64,000 nt of DNA from Flavobacteriales bacterium. GTDB lineage: Bacteria > Bacteroidota > Bacteroidia > UBA10329. Of the stretch, positions 10,531 through 20,500 are shown piece by piece. Each line of letters begins with the position of its first letter. The stretch's first letter is position 1. Location of the stretch: assembly GCA_018402015.1 (NCBI GenBank), contig JAGYJL010000005.1, positions 7,499 through 71,498 of the forward strand, given 5' to 3'. Below the pieces are notes generated by a model. That model did no database searches. It was not told where the DNA came from and saw only the letters and a list, made by a program, of their open reading frames with translations. The position numbers were made by a program, and so were the translations under genes.

Positions 10531-11308
10531 AAAAAGCAGCGAATTTCTTGGGTGTATCCGTATTGATGAAGTCAATACCCATGGCACGGAAAGTTTCCCA
10601 CGCGCTCGGGTGATCGGGAGATGCCCAAAGACGGAGTTTCTTGCCTTCAGCATGCACCTTTGAAATAAGTTTTCTGAGTTTCAACTGTTCGTCCTCGGGC
10701 ATTTCTCCTTTACCGTTCCACGAAAGATGGTTCTTGTAATGATCGCTGATTACGGGCATCACATCAGCAGAAATCTGCTTGCCAAAATCGCTGGGTCGTC
10801 CATCCAAAAAGGCCAGTTTCGGTTCGGCATTCAGAACCGCATCTGTGGGTCTTCCTCCCGAAAGGAAAACCGTGACGGCTCCCTGTTTCAGTTCACCATT
10901 TTCCACGGTGGTCAGCATGGATCGATACTTTTCCAATAGTTGTATCAGTCGATCGAATGTTTCTTTGCCGTGTCCCTTAAAATCGATCATCAGGTAAAAC
11001 GGCCCATCATAATTCGGATAAACCTTGCCGCCATTTTTCTGAACGTGCTCAAAAAGAGGTTTCAGGTACAGATTCTCTAGCGAACGTTTCTTATTTCTAC
11101 CCAACGGCCGAACGTGCGCCACATACAGGTCGCCTTTCATGAAATGCACATCTGCTTCTAAGGAAATCAGCTTGGCATCCAACGCTTCAAAAAGCGCAGG
11201 TTTGTTCAGGTAATCGTTGTGTGCGTGACCGGGAATGACCGTTTGGGCAAATGAAGGGAAAACGAAAAAGGAGAAAACGAAAAAGGAGATTGCGGCTAAG
11301 CGTTTCAT
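10511..11308 (-). CDS. Secreted PI-PLC-X / glycerophosphodiester phosphodiesterase-like protein
   Basis: The signal peptide MKRLAAISFFVFSFFVFPSFA is followed by HAHNDY near the mature N-terminus, the catalytic-His motif of the PLC-X/GDPD superfamily. Confidence 0.55.
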   Translation of the reverse strand: MKRLAAISFFVFSFFVFPSFAQTVIPGHAHNDYLNKPALFEALDAKLISLEADVHFMKGDLYVAHVRPLGRNKKRSLENLYLKPLFEHVQKNGGKVYPNYDGPFYLMIDFKGHGKETFDRLIQLLEKYRSMLTTVENGELKQGAVTVFLSGGRPTDAVLNAEPKLAFLDGRPSDFGKQISADVMPVISDHYKNHLSWNGKGEMPEDEQLKLRKLISKVHAEGKKLRLWASPDHPSAWETFRAMGIDFINTDTPKKFAAFFRTTSQ

Positions 11309-12000
11309 TTCTTGGTGGCGGTTAGTGAATAAACCAATGGAAGTTTATTTCCGTGTTTCTCAATGATGAATTTTCGGTCGGCCAATTGCTTCATTCCCGA
11401 AAAACAGTTGTAGGGCGAATAATCGAATTCGTCAAAGCTTTTCAGAATCAGGCCATTGTTCTCCAGTGCGTGGAACACTTCTGCTAACCCATGGTTCCAA
11501 CTAATCTCTGTTTTCTCAAATTCAGCATCGGTAGCAGCATACGTGCCGGTGGTTGTTTCAATGATCGGTTCGTCTTTGAAATAGCGGTATTCGATTTTCA
11601 AACGCATCATCAAAACATCCACACCACAGGGTGAAATTCCACGAAAACGAGTTTGCCGCCAGGTTTCAGATGATACGAAATGGTTTCGGCCCACTTGTTC
11701 AAATCAGGCAGCCAGCCAATGGTTCCGTAGGAGGTGAAAACGATGTCGGAATTGCTTTTCAATTTGCCGTTCAGTTCAACACGTACGTATCCTCGCCACA
11801 AATTCAGCATTCAAAGCCAACTCCTCATTCAGTTTCTGTGCTTGCCGCGGTAAGCGAAGATTCAGCGCCAACCACATCAGCACTCATTCGTGCTAACGAA
11901 GCGTATCCCTGACCGAAATGGCATTGCAGATGGAGAATGGATTTTTCCTTGCACATCTCAAGCAACGCCAATTCAATTCATTCAAGCTATGATTTACCCG
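11305..12000 (-). pseudogene. Class I SAM-dependent methyltransferase, disrupted. Pieces 11305-11694 and 11610-11810 lie in different frames, and a degraded motif-I region sits further upstream.
   Basis: Pieces ...LKPGGKLVFVEFHP... and ...KIEYRYF...LILKSFDEF.... The minus-strand translation near 11850-11900 gives CHFGQGYASLARMSADVVGAESS, a frameshifted GxGxG motif-I region. Confidence 0.4.
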
Positions 12001-12129
12001 CTTTCCAAGCTTCTACATCATAGAATTCTGAAGCTAAATGCGCTGAAACGCGTTTGTTTCAGAAAAAATCTCGGTTTGTTGATTATTCCCATCATTTCAC
12101 CTAATTCCACTGCTTCTTTTACGTCATAA

Positions 12130-12930
12130 GACCCGCAAAATATCAACTCCATTTTGGCAGTTGGCAGTTCACTTCAATCGTTCCTTAAGGTCTGCTCGGG
12201 CGTTTCACCATACTTTAAACGAATCATGCTTTGAAACACCAGCAAAGGGCTTTCCGAAAATGGCAAATCAGAAAGGTGTTCCGCCATCTCATAGTTCTGA
12301 TCCCAAAAGTTTTTCAAAGCCGAAACCGGGGTCAATGATCGCATCATTCACGCCTTGATTTACCAAATCAGGAACGCGTTGCGCGAAGAAGGAAAGCACT
12401 GAGCATGATTGGTCTTTGCTCTAAATTCTTCTGCATGGTTTGGGGCGTACCTTTCATGTGCATGCAGATGTAAAGCAAGAATTTGTAACAACAACGGGTA
12501 ATTCCTTATCCAAATTTCCACCAGAAATATCGTTGATGATGTGCGCGCCAACTTCCATCGCCTTTTAGACGGCAGAACGGAAGATCTGGCCAGAGATAAG
12601 CGCTTCGGAAAACGAGTGACGATTGCCCTACAAGCGATGGAATCATCCGGTTTTAGCTCTTCTTCTTTAAATGTCTTCTGCTCCAAGGTCGACTGCTGTA
12701 AGCACCCAAGGTCGAATATCCTGCACCTTCGTTCAGCATTTGTTCAGCGTATTTCAAGCAGCATCCACGGAATTAAACTTTCCGCCATCAGAAAAACTGT
12801 CAGGCGTTGAGTTCCAGAATACCCATTACAATTGGGTGGTCTATGGTAACCAACAGCCCTCTGCAATTCAGGGTTTACTCTTGCTCAAAGGTTATTTTTA
12901 CCACTCATCCAAGAGCCGAAGTTAAGGGTT
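12130..12930 (-). pseudogene. folP: Dihydropteroate synthase (folP) remnant, heavily frame-disrupted
   Basis: Minus-strand translation gives VNDAIIDPGFGF (DHPS DPGxGFxK motif) around 12290-12330 and HLSDLPFSESPLLVFQSMIRL (PLLVGxSRKSxI region) around 12200-12250, in different frames. No ORF longer than 110 aa exists here. Boundaries are approximate. Confidence 0.45.
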
Positions 12931-12938
12931 CAGTACCG

Positions 12939-13491
12939 ATGTCAGATACCAACGCACAATACGATAAGGCGCTTGCCGAATACCGCAGCGAAATTTTCGT
13001 TGGCAAGATGAAAGACTATGGCGCTTCGTGGCGCATTTTCCGTCCGTCATCAATTACCGATCGAAACTATTCATAAGGCCAATCGCATTCACCCAGTTTG
13101 GAAGAAAAGGCGTGAGCAAGTAAGGAGGGCATCTATCCTGAATACATCGGTCAGTTAATTATTCCATCGTAGTCGTATTCAGTTGGAGCATGGACATGCA
13201 GATGAACCCGATCTGAATTTGGAAAGAGCCATTGCATGGTACGATCAGTACGCTGCAGAAGCTAAATCATTGATGGAAAAGAAGAATCATGACTATGGCG
13301 AAGCTTGGCGCGATATGCGCGTAAAGTCGCTGACAGATCTAATTCTTGTTAAAATTCTTCGCATTAAAGAGATGGAAGATAACCAAGGACAGAGCGAACT
13401 TTCCGAAGGAATTGATGCTAATCTGTACGATATGATCAATTACTCGATTTTTGCGTTGATTAAACTTGGTGAGACCAAGGCATCGGTATGA
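12939..13491 (+). pseudogene. DUF1599 domain protein (two internal repeats), disrupted between the repeats
   Basis: First repeat: MSDTNAQYDKALAEYRSEIFVGKMKDYGASWRIFRPSSITD, then a stop. Second repeat in ORF 13183..13491: AIAWYDQY...DYGEAWRDMRVKSLTDLILVKILRIKEME...INYSIFALIKL. In my recollection of Flavobacteriia synteny this family sits next to folP. Confidence 0.5.
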
Positions 13492-13541
13492 CCTTGTCAG
13501 TTCTTACCGAAGATTAAATTTGCTATTCAAACCCACTTAAA

Positions 13542-14831
13542 ATGAAATTGATAACCGATATCTCACGCTATTTTGTTGGAGTGCTTTTTATCTTTTCTGG
13601 AATTGTAAAGGCCAACGATCCGCTAGGATTCAGCTACAAATTGGAGGAGTATTTTGAGGAATTTGCCAAGTTGGGCGAGTACTGGGGTTTTCTGGAAACG
13701 TTCTTTCATTTCTGCCACGATTATGCTTTGCCTCAGGCCATTTTCATCGTTATTCTAGAAGTGGTTTTAGGTGTGGCTATTCTGGTTCGTTTTAGAACAA
13801 GACTAACAGCCACACTTCTTTTGTTGCTCATTGCATTCTTTACAGCTCTCACCTTTGCATCGGCCTATTTCGGTATTGTAAAAACCTGTGGATGTTTTGG
13901 CGATGCTATTCCACTTACTGCTTGGGAGAGCTTTTACAAGGACGTGATCCTGTCGGTTTTCATCCTCATCATTTTTGTTCGTCAGAAGAAGATCAGTATC
14001 TCCGAAACAGGCATGAACGATTTCGTGCTAGCTGGAGTTGGTTCTCTTGTAATGCTGAAGCTTTCTTACGACCTCGAATGGTTTTTCCCTTTCTGGTTTG
14101 TGGTTTCCACTTTCACGGCATTCTTTCTTATCCGTCTGGTTGAGCACAGAAAAGCGCCTTTTTTCATTACCATGCTGGCTACGGTTGCTATGAGTTTCTT
14201 CACTTTTTACACCTACAGTTATCTACCGGTCAAAGATTTCCGTGCGTACGCTGCAGGTAAGAGTATTGCTGAACAAATGGAAGGCGTTCCGGATAAATTG
14301 AAGTACTACTACATATTGAAGGACAAGGAAACAGGTAAGGAACAAGAGTTCGAAAAATTCCCTGAAAACTATCAGGAGAAGTACGAGTATGTAGATTCTC
14401 GAACAGAAGTAATTGAAAAAGGAGTTGAACCGAAGATCATGGATTTCTCTATCATGTCTGCAGAAGGAGAAGACCTTACCGAGGACTTTCTGATGAGCGA
14501 GAGTTTTACTTTCCTCGTTATCTCAAATGACCTTACAAAAGCTATGGAGCAGCCACAACAGCGAATTAATGATCTGGCCAAATCGCTGCAGGATAAAGGC
14601 TACCGAGTGGTTGGACTTACTGCCAGCACGCCACTTGTTGCTGTTGATTTTGCTCAACGTAATGGCAATCCTTTCAACTATTTGTTCTGCGATCAGATCG
14701 TACTGAAAACCATCATCCGTTCAAATCCAGGATTGATGTTGATCAAAGACGGAAAGGTTTACGGAAAATGGCATTACAACGACCTTCCTGAATTACAGGT
14801 GTTGGAATTGGAATACCTGAACAGAGATTAA
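13542..14831 (+). CDS. DoxX-family membrane protein with a C-terminal thioredoxin-like/BT_3928-type domain
   Basis: The N-terminal ~200 aa carry 4-5 TM helices (FVGVLFIFSGIVKANDP...), typical of DoxX. The C-terminal soluble domain has a TlpA-like layout. Confidence 0.55.
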   Translation: MKLITDISRYFVGVLFIFSGIVKANDPLGFSYKLEEYFEEFAKLGEYWGFLETFFHFCHDYALPQAIFIVILEVVLGVAILVRFRTRLTATLLLLLIAFFTALTFASAYFGIVKTCGCFGDAIPLTAWESFYKDVILSVFILIIFVRQKKISISETGMNDFVLAGVGSLVMLKLSYDLEWFFPFWFVVSTFTAFFLIRLVEHRKAPFFITMLATVAMSFFTFYTYSYLPVKDFRAYAAGKSIAEQMEGVPDKLKYYYILKDKETGKEQEFEKFPENYQEKYEYVDSRTEVIEKGVEPKIMDFSIMSAEGEDLTEDFLMSESFTFLVISNDLTKAMEQPQQRINDLAKSLQDKGYRVVGLTASTPLVAVDFAQRNGNPFNYLFCDQIVLKTIIRSNPGLMLIKDGKVYGKWHYNDLPELQVLELEYLNRD

Positions 14832-15908
14832 TTGGTCTCTTACGTCATACGGAAACTGCTCTACAGCTTTTCGGTGCTGTTCGGTATCGTTACCGTTGTA
14901 TTTCTTCTTTTCACAGCGCTTCCTGGCGATCCTGCCAGATTGATGCTCGGTCAACGGGCCGATCAATCGGAGGTGGAAATGATACGCAAGGATCTGGGGT
15001 TGGATCTACCACTTATTACACAGTATCTAGTTTATCTCAACGACCTGTCGCCACTTTCATTTTACAATCATCTCGATGAAAATAGTCCGTACTATTTTGA
15101 ATCTACCGAGCACGAACGATCGAAAGTGATCTTGAGTGGTGATAATGCCAATTTTGTTCTCAAAGCACCTTATCTCAGAAGGTCGTATCAATCGCAACAG
15201 ACCGTTACGGCCATTGTAATGGAAGCGTTACCAGGAACAGCGGTGCTGGCGGTAACAGCCATTACCATTGCAACAGTTCTCGGCATTCTGTTCGGAATAA
15301 TCGGAGCACTTTTTAAAGGACAATGGCCCGATAAATTGCTAATGATCTTCTCCATTTTTGGAATGAGTCTACCATCATTTGTAGCCGCCATTCTCATTAT
15401 GTGGGTTTTTGCGTATTTACTTGGTAGTATCACTGGCCTGGAAGTAACCGGAAGTCTGTATGTGATAGATGAATTTGAGGGCAGAAAAATCGTACTTAAG
15501 AATCTGATTCTGCCGGCCATCACATTGGGTGTTCGACCATTGGCTGTTTTCATGCAATTGACCCGTAACTCCATGCTCGAAGTACTTTCTATGGATTATG
15601 TGCGCACCGCAACGGCAAAAGGTCTTTCCTTCAGAACAGTGGTGATGAAACATGCTCTTCGTAATGCGTTGAATCCAGTGATCACAGCTATTTCAGGTTG
15701 GTTGGCTTCTTTGTTGGCCGGAGCCGTGTTCGTAGAGATCGTTTTCGGATGGAAAGGCCTTGGTCTGATCATGCTTAACGCACTGAATACCTACGATCTA
15801 CCGGTTGTAATGGGCTGCATCATTCTGGTTGCGGTGATCTTTGTGGTCATTAACATGTTGGTTGATGTGCTCTATGGTATATTTGACCCGCGCGTTAGCA
15901 TGTCGTAA
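14832..15908 (+). CDS. ABC transporter permease (Dpp/Opp-type, BPD_transp_1)
   Basis: Six TM helices and an N-terminus FTALPGDPARLMLGQRADQSEVEMIRKDLGLD typical of DppB/OppB permeases. The start abuts the DoxX stop. Confidence 0.8.
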   Translation: MVSYVIRKLLYSFSVLFGIVTVVFLLFTALPGDPARLMLGQRADQSEVEMIRKDLGLDLPLITQYLVYLNDLSPLSFYNHLDENSPYYFESTEHERSKVILSGDNANFVLKAPYLRRSYQSQQTVTAIVMEALPGTAVLAVTAITIATVLGILFGIIGALFKGQWPDKLLMIFSIFGMSLPSFVAAILIMWVFAYLLGSITGLEVTGSLYVIDEFEGRKIVLKNLILPAITLGVRPLAVFMQLTRNSMLEVLSMDYVRTATAKGLSFRTVVMKHALRNALNPVITAISGWLASLLAGAVFVEIVFGWKGLGLIMLNALNTYDLPVVMGCIILVAVIFVVINMLVDVLYGIFDPRVSMS

Positions 15909-15984
15909 AACGAAAAATGAAAAAGGGAAGAATGTGTCTGGGTGCCCGTTTTTCTTTTTCTCATTTTTCCTGTAAACTGTTTGA

Positions 15985-16731
15985 ATGAGAGATAAGATCG
16001 TTGCCGGAAATTGGAAAATGAACCTCACCAAAAATGAGGGTCTGTTGTTGATAGAAGGCGTTGTGAATGGAGTTGTAAATTCAGATGTGAAGGTTATTCT
16101 GGCTCCTCCGTTTCCGTTTATTTCTGACGCGGTTTTGGGTCTTTCATCCAGCAAGATCAAGGTAGCAGCTCAAAACTGCCATCAAGAAGAGAGTGGCGCA
16201 TTTACTGGCGAAGTCTCTGCGGCAATGCTGCGTTCTTTCGGTGCGGAATATTGCATTGTCGGTCACTCGGAGAGACGAGAATATTTGAAAGAAGATGACC
16301 AGCTCATCAACCGCAAGATACAGCGCTTGATTTCACATGGAATCATACCAATATTCTGTTGTGGAGAATTATTGGAGGAGCGTGAGTCTGATCGTCAATT
16401 TGAGATTGTAAGTGATCAGATTCAATCTGCGTTACAAGGCTTCAATAAAGATGAGTTGAAGAATATTATCATTGCCTATGAACCCGTATGGGCAATTGGT
16501 ACCGGAAAAACGGCCACACCTCAACAGGCACAGGAAATGCATGCATTCATCCGCGAAAAACTGTCTGAGGTTCTGTCTGAAAATGCGGAGGAAGTTTCCA
16601 TCCTTTATGGTGGAAGCGTAAAACCGGAAAACGCCCGAGAACTCTTCGCTCAAAAAGACATTGATGGCGGCCTTATTGGTGGCGCATCGCTCAATGCACC
16701 CGATTTCTTAGCAATCATACAATCTTTCTAA
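15985..16731 (+). CDS. tpiA: Triosephosphate isomerase
   Basis: IVAGNWKMN, CIVGHSERR, AYEPVWAIGTGKTAT and GGSVKPENA. Confidence 0.95.
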   Translation: MRDKIVAGNWKMNLTKNEGLLLIEGVVNGVVNSDVKVILAPPFPFISDAVLGLSSSKIKVAAQNCHQEESGAFTGEVSAAMLRSFGAEYCIVGHSERREYLKEDDQLINRKIQRLISHGIIPIFCCGELLEERESDRQFEIVSDQIQSALQGFNKDELKNIIIAYEPVWAIGTGKTATPQQAQEMHAFIREKLSEVLSENAEEVSILYGGSVKPENARELFAQKDIDGGLIGGASLNAPDFLAIIQSF

Positions 16732-16732
16732 T

Positions 16733-17566
16733 ATGGCACACGCAGTGCTTACAATCACGGTCAGTCCTACAGACTTAGGACGCGACCTACTCATTTCCGA
16801 ACTGGCAGATATTGGATTTGAAGGTTTTCTTGAAACAGATGAAGGCGTAGACGCTTACATCGAAGAAGCTGAACTTGATATCAACGAGGCTGAGGAGGTT
16901 TTTGCGCGACTTCGTACAGCAGAATTCGAGGTTTCATACACCAGTTCAGTTGCCGAGGATAAGAACTGGAATGAAGAATGGGAAAAGAATTTCGATCCTG
17001 TAGAGATAAAAGACCTGTGCCGGATCCGTGCTCCATTTCACGAATCGAAAAGCGGTTTCAAGGAAGAGATCATCATTATGCCTAAAATGTCGTTCGGCAC
17101 CGGCCATCATGCTACTACTTCCATGATGGCGGAATACCTCATGACCACCAAAGTGGAAGGACCGCTTTTGGATATGGGGTCTGGAACAGCTGTGCTGGCC
17201 ATTCTTGCCCGCAAGCTTGGTGTAGAGGATATTGACGCCATAGATATTGACGATTGGGCATTTGAGAATGCTCCCGAGAATTGTGCACTCAATAACATGG
17301 ATGATATCATTATCCTTCAGGGAGATGCCAGTCTGCTTGGCAATAAACAATACAATACGGTTCTCGCCAATATCAACAGAAATGTGCTGTTGGAGGATAT
17401 TCCGGTTTACGCCAGCATCCTTAACCAGAACGGCCAACTTTTTGTAAGTGGATTTTATACCGAAGACCTTAACATGATACGTGATGTAGCTCAAAAAGCA
17501 GGTCTTATCTTTAACGGAAATCTGACAAAAGACAATTGGGTCTCGGCCCGATTCATCAAACAATAA
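16733..17566 (+). CDS. prmA: Ribosomal protein L11 methyltransferase
   Basis: FGTGHHATT and LDMGSGTAVLAILARKLG. It starts 1 nt after the tpiA stop. Confidence 0.9.
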   Translation: MAHAVLTITVSPTDLGRDLLISELADIGFEGFLETDEGVDAYIEEAELDINEAEEVFARLRTAEFEVSYTSSVAEDKNWNEEWEKNFDPVEIKDLCRIRAPFHESKSGFKEEIIIMPKMSFGTGHHATTSMMAEYLMTTKVEGPLLDMGSGTAVLAILARKLGVEDIDAIDIDDWAFENAPENCALNNMDDIIILQGDASLLGNKQYNTVLANINRNVLLEDIPVYASILNQNGQLFVSGFYTEDLNMIRDVAQKAGLIFNGNLTKDNWVSARFIKQ

Positions 17567-17567
17567 C

Positions 17568-20500
17568 ATGAAGAAATTCCTCTTTCTACTAGCAGTAATA
17601 GTTACAGCCTCTGCTGGTATTTCATCGGCACAACAGCTTAAGTCGTTTACCCACGATAACGAGAAGTACATTCAAGAACTTCAGGATTTCTTCGCACAAG
17701 GCGATCCCAAAGCAGCTAAGAAGTTGATTGAGGAAACGTTTCTGCCCGTTTGGAACAGCGGACATTACAGCACGCAGCAGAAAGAGCGTGTTTATACCAT
17801 GTCCGACCTGATGTTGAAAGAGAAGAAAAAAGCGGTCGATTTCGAGAACTACCTGTACGCCCTCATGAGCTTTGCAAAAAGTATGAAGCCTGCATCCGAT
17901 TTCGATGCATTTCATGACGGTATGGAACAGACCATTCAGAAACTTTCCAGAAAGGGATTTACCAGTTATCTGGAAGTGTGTAGAGGCCTTTTTACCGAGT
18001 ACATTCTATTTGAATCGCCTGCAGTAAAATGGGTGGCAAAGTTCGATGCGTATAAGATCCAGTTCGATTCTTTACCGAAGATCGTTTTCGGAAAACTTGA
18101 CCTCAAAGCCTATTCAAAGCGCGATAGTTCGGTCATTTATGGAACCGAAGGTGTTTATTATCCAACCATTACCAAATGGGTCGGAAAAGGTGGAAAGATC
18201 GATTGGAGACGAGCAGGTTTCGACCCGAATAAGACCTACGCGGAGATTGACAATTATGTATTGAATACAACCAAATCTCAGTACGAAATAGACTCCGTAA
18301 CATTCCATCATCCCGATTATCTCGACCGTCCGCATATCGGAAAACTGACCGAGAAAATTCTTGCCGATGTGGATACTTCAGATGCTTCCTATCCTCGTTT
18401 CGACTCATACGATAAACGCATCGTTATTGAGAACATGTACAAGGACATCGATTATTCTGGTGGCTTCTCTCAGCACGGAGTCAAGTTTATCGGTTCAGGT
18501 GATGATGAGCAGAATGCTACGCTCATCTTCCGTAAGATGAACCACATCACCAAAGAGAACGAACCATTTATGGAAGCGCGCTCCAAGTCATTCGTTATTA
18601 GGCCAGAGAAGATCCTTTCCAAGAAATCGGAGATAGCTATGTACTATGAGGGAGATTCGATCTATCATCCCGGTCTACGTTTGAATTATAACGTTGAGAA
18701 TCATGAAGTAACGCTTAGTAAGGAAAGTGAAGGCTCGGGTCGGAGCCCGTTTTTCGATAGCTACCACAAGGTAGATATGCACGTAGATGAGATAAAGTGG
18801 AACATGGTTCAGGATTGGATGGATCTGGCCAACACCACTGGTGGCGCAGAAAGTAGTGCGCTGTTCGAGTCTGAGACCTATTACGATGAGTACCGCTACG
18901 ACCGCATTCGTGGCACTGCAGACACACATCCATTGTGGAAGATCCGGAACTACGCCAAGGAGATTGGAATGGAAGAGCTGACCGTAGAGCAAGTTGCACG
19001 CTTGTTCAAGGCGGATATAAGTGAGACCAAAGTGTTCCTAATGAACCTGTCCAACTCGGGTTTCATGACCTATAATTACGATAAGGAAATAGTGGTGATC
19101 AAACCGAGATTGCATCATTATGTGCTCTCTCGATCGCGGAAAACCGATTATGACATTCTTCAGTTCGAATCGACCATTGAAGGGTTGCCGAACGCGAAGC
19201 TCAATCTGTTGAATTGGGATATGGACCTCAATGGGGTAGGCAGAGTTTTCCTTTCAGATTCTCAGAACGTGGTCGTTTTCCCTTACGAACAAGAATTGAC
19301 GCTTAAAAAGAACCGTGATTTCTCGTTTGATGGAAAGGTTATCGGTGGTCGTTTAGACTTCTTTGGTCATGACTTTTACTTCAGCTACGATGATTTTAAG
19401 ATCAATCTTAATAAAGTCGATTCAATTCGTTTGAAAGTGCCAGATGGCGAGCCGGACGAAAATGGAAGGCAGAAACTGCGCGCTGTAAAAACCGTGCTTC
19501 GCGATCTGAAAGGAGAGCTCTTGGTGGATAGACCTGATAATAAATCAGGTCTCGTGGATCATCCGCGCTACCCGGTGTTCAATAGTACAGACGATTCGTT
19601 CGTATACTATGACAAACGCTCCATTCAGGATGGTGCGTACAAGAAGGAATCGTTCTACATGCACCTCAAACCATTCAGTATCGATAGTTTGGAGAACTTC
19701 ACCAAAGAAGGTCTGGCCTTTGGTGGAACCTTTGTCTCGGCAGGTATTTTCCCGGACTTTGAGGAAACCCTCACACTACAGCCCGACTTCTCGCTCGGTT
19801 TTGTTCGAGAAACACCACCCGAAGGTCTAGACATGTATGGAGGCAAAGGAAACTACAAGGCTACCATTAAACTCAGTCATGACGGTTTGCGTGGAGACGG
19901 TGATCTGGAGTATTTGACCTCGGTTTCCAAGTCAGATGATTTCATATTTTACCCCGATTCGGTGAACGGAGTTGCACAGGATTTTACCATAACCAAGCAG
20001 AAAAGCCCAACTGCTTATCCGCCAGTGGTGGGTAAAGATGTTCGGGTGCATTGGATGCCTAAGTTGGATCACTTCTATTCGTACAAGATCGATAACGCCT
20101 TTGATATGTACGAAGGCGAAGTGGCACATCATGGAGGCTTGGATCTCTCACCAAAAGGTTTGGATGGTTTCGGAAATCTCGATTTTGCGGATAGCTACAT
20201 GCGGTCTAACAGATTCAACTTCGATTACCGCGATTTCCATGCCGACACGGCCGATTTCAAGTTGAAAGGAAAGTCAGAGACATCCTACGCGTTTAAGACA
20301 AGTAACGTGCAAATGGATGTCAACCTCGATGATAGGAAGGGTAAGTTCAAATCCAATACGGGGGGCGATTACGTAGATTTTCCGGTTAACCAATACATCT
20401 GTTATATCGATGAGTTCGTTTGGAACATTGATGCTAAGGATATTGATGTCGTTTCCGATGGAGAAGGCTCGCGTTACGTAAGTACAAACCCAAAGCAAGA

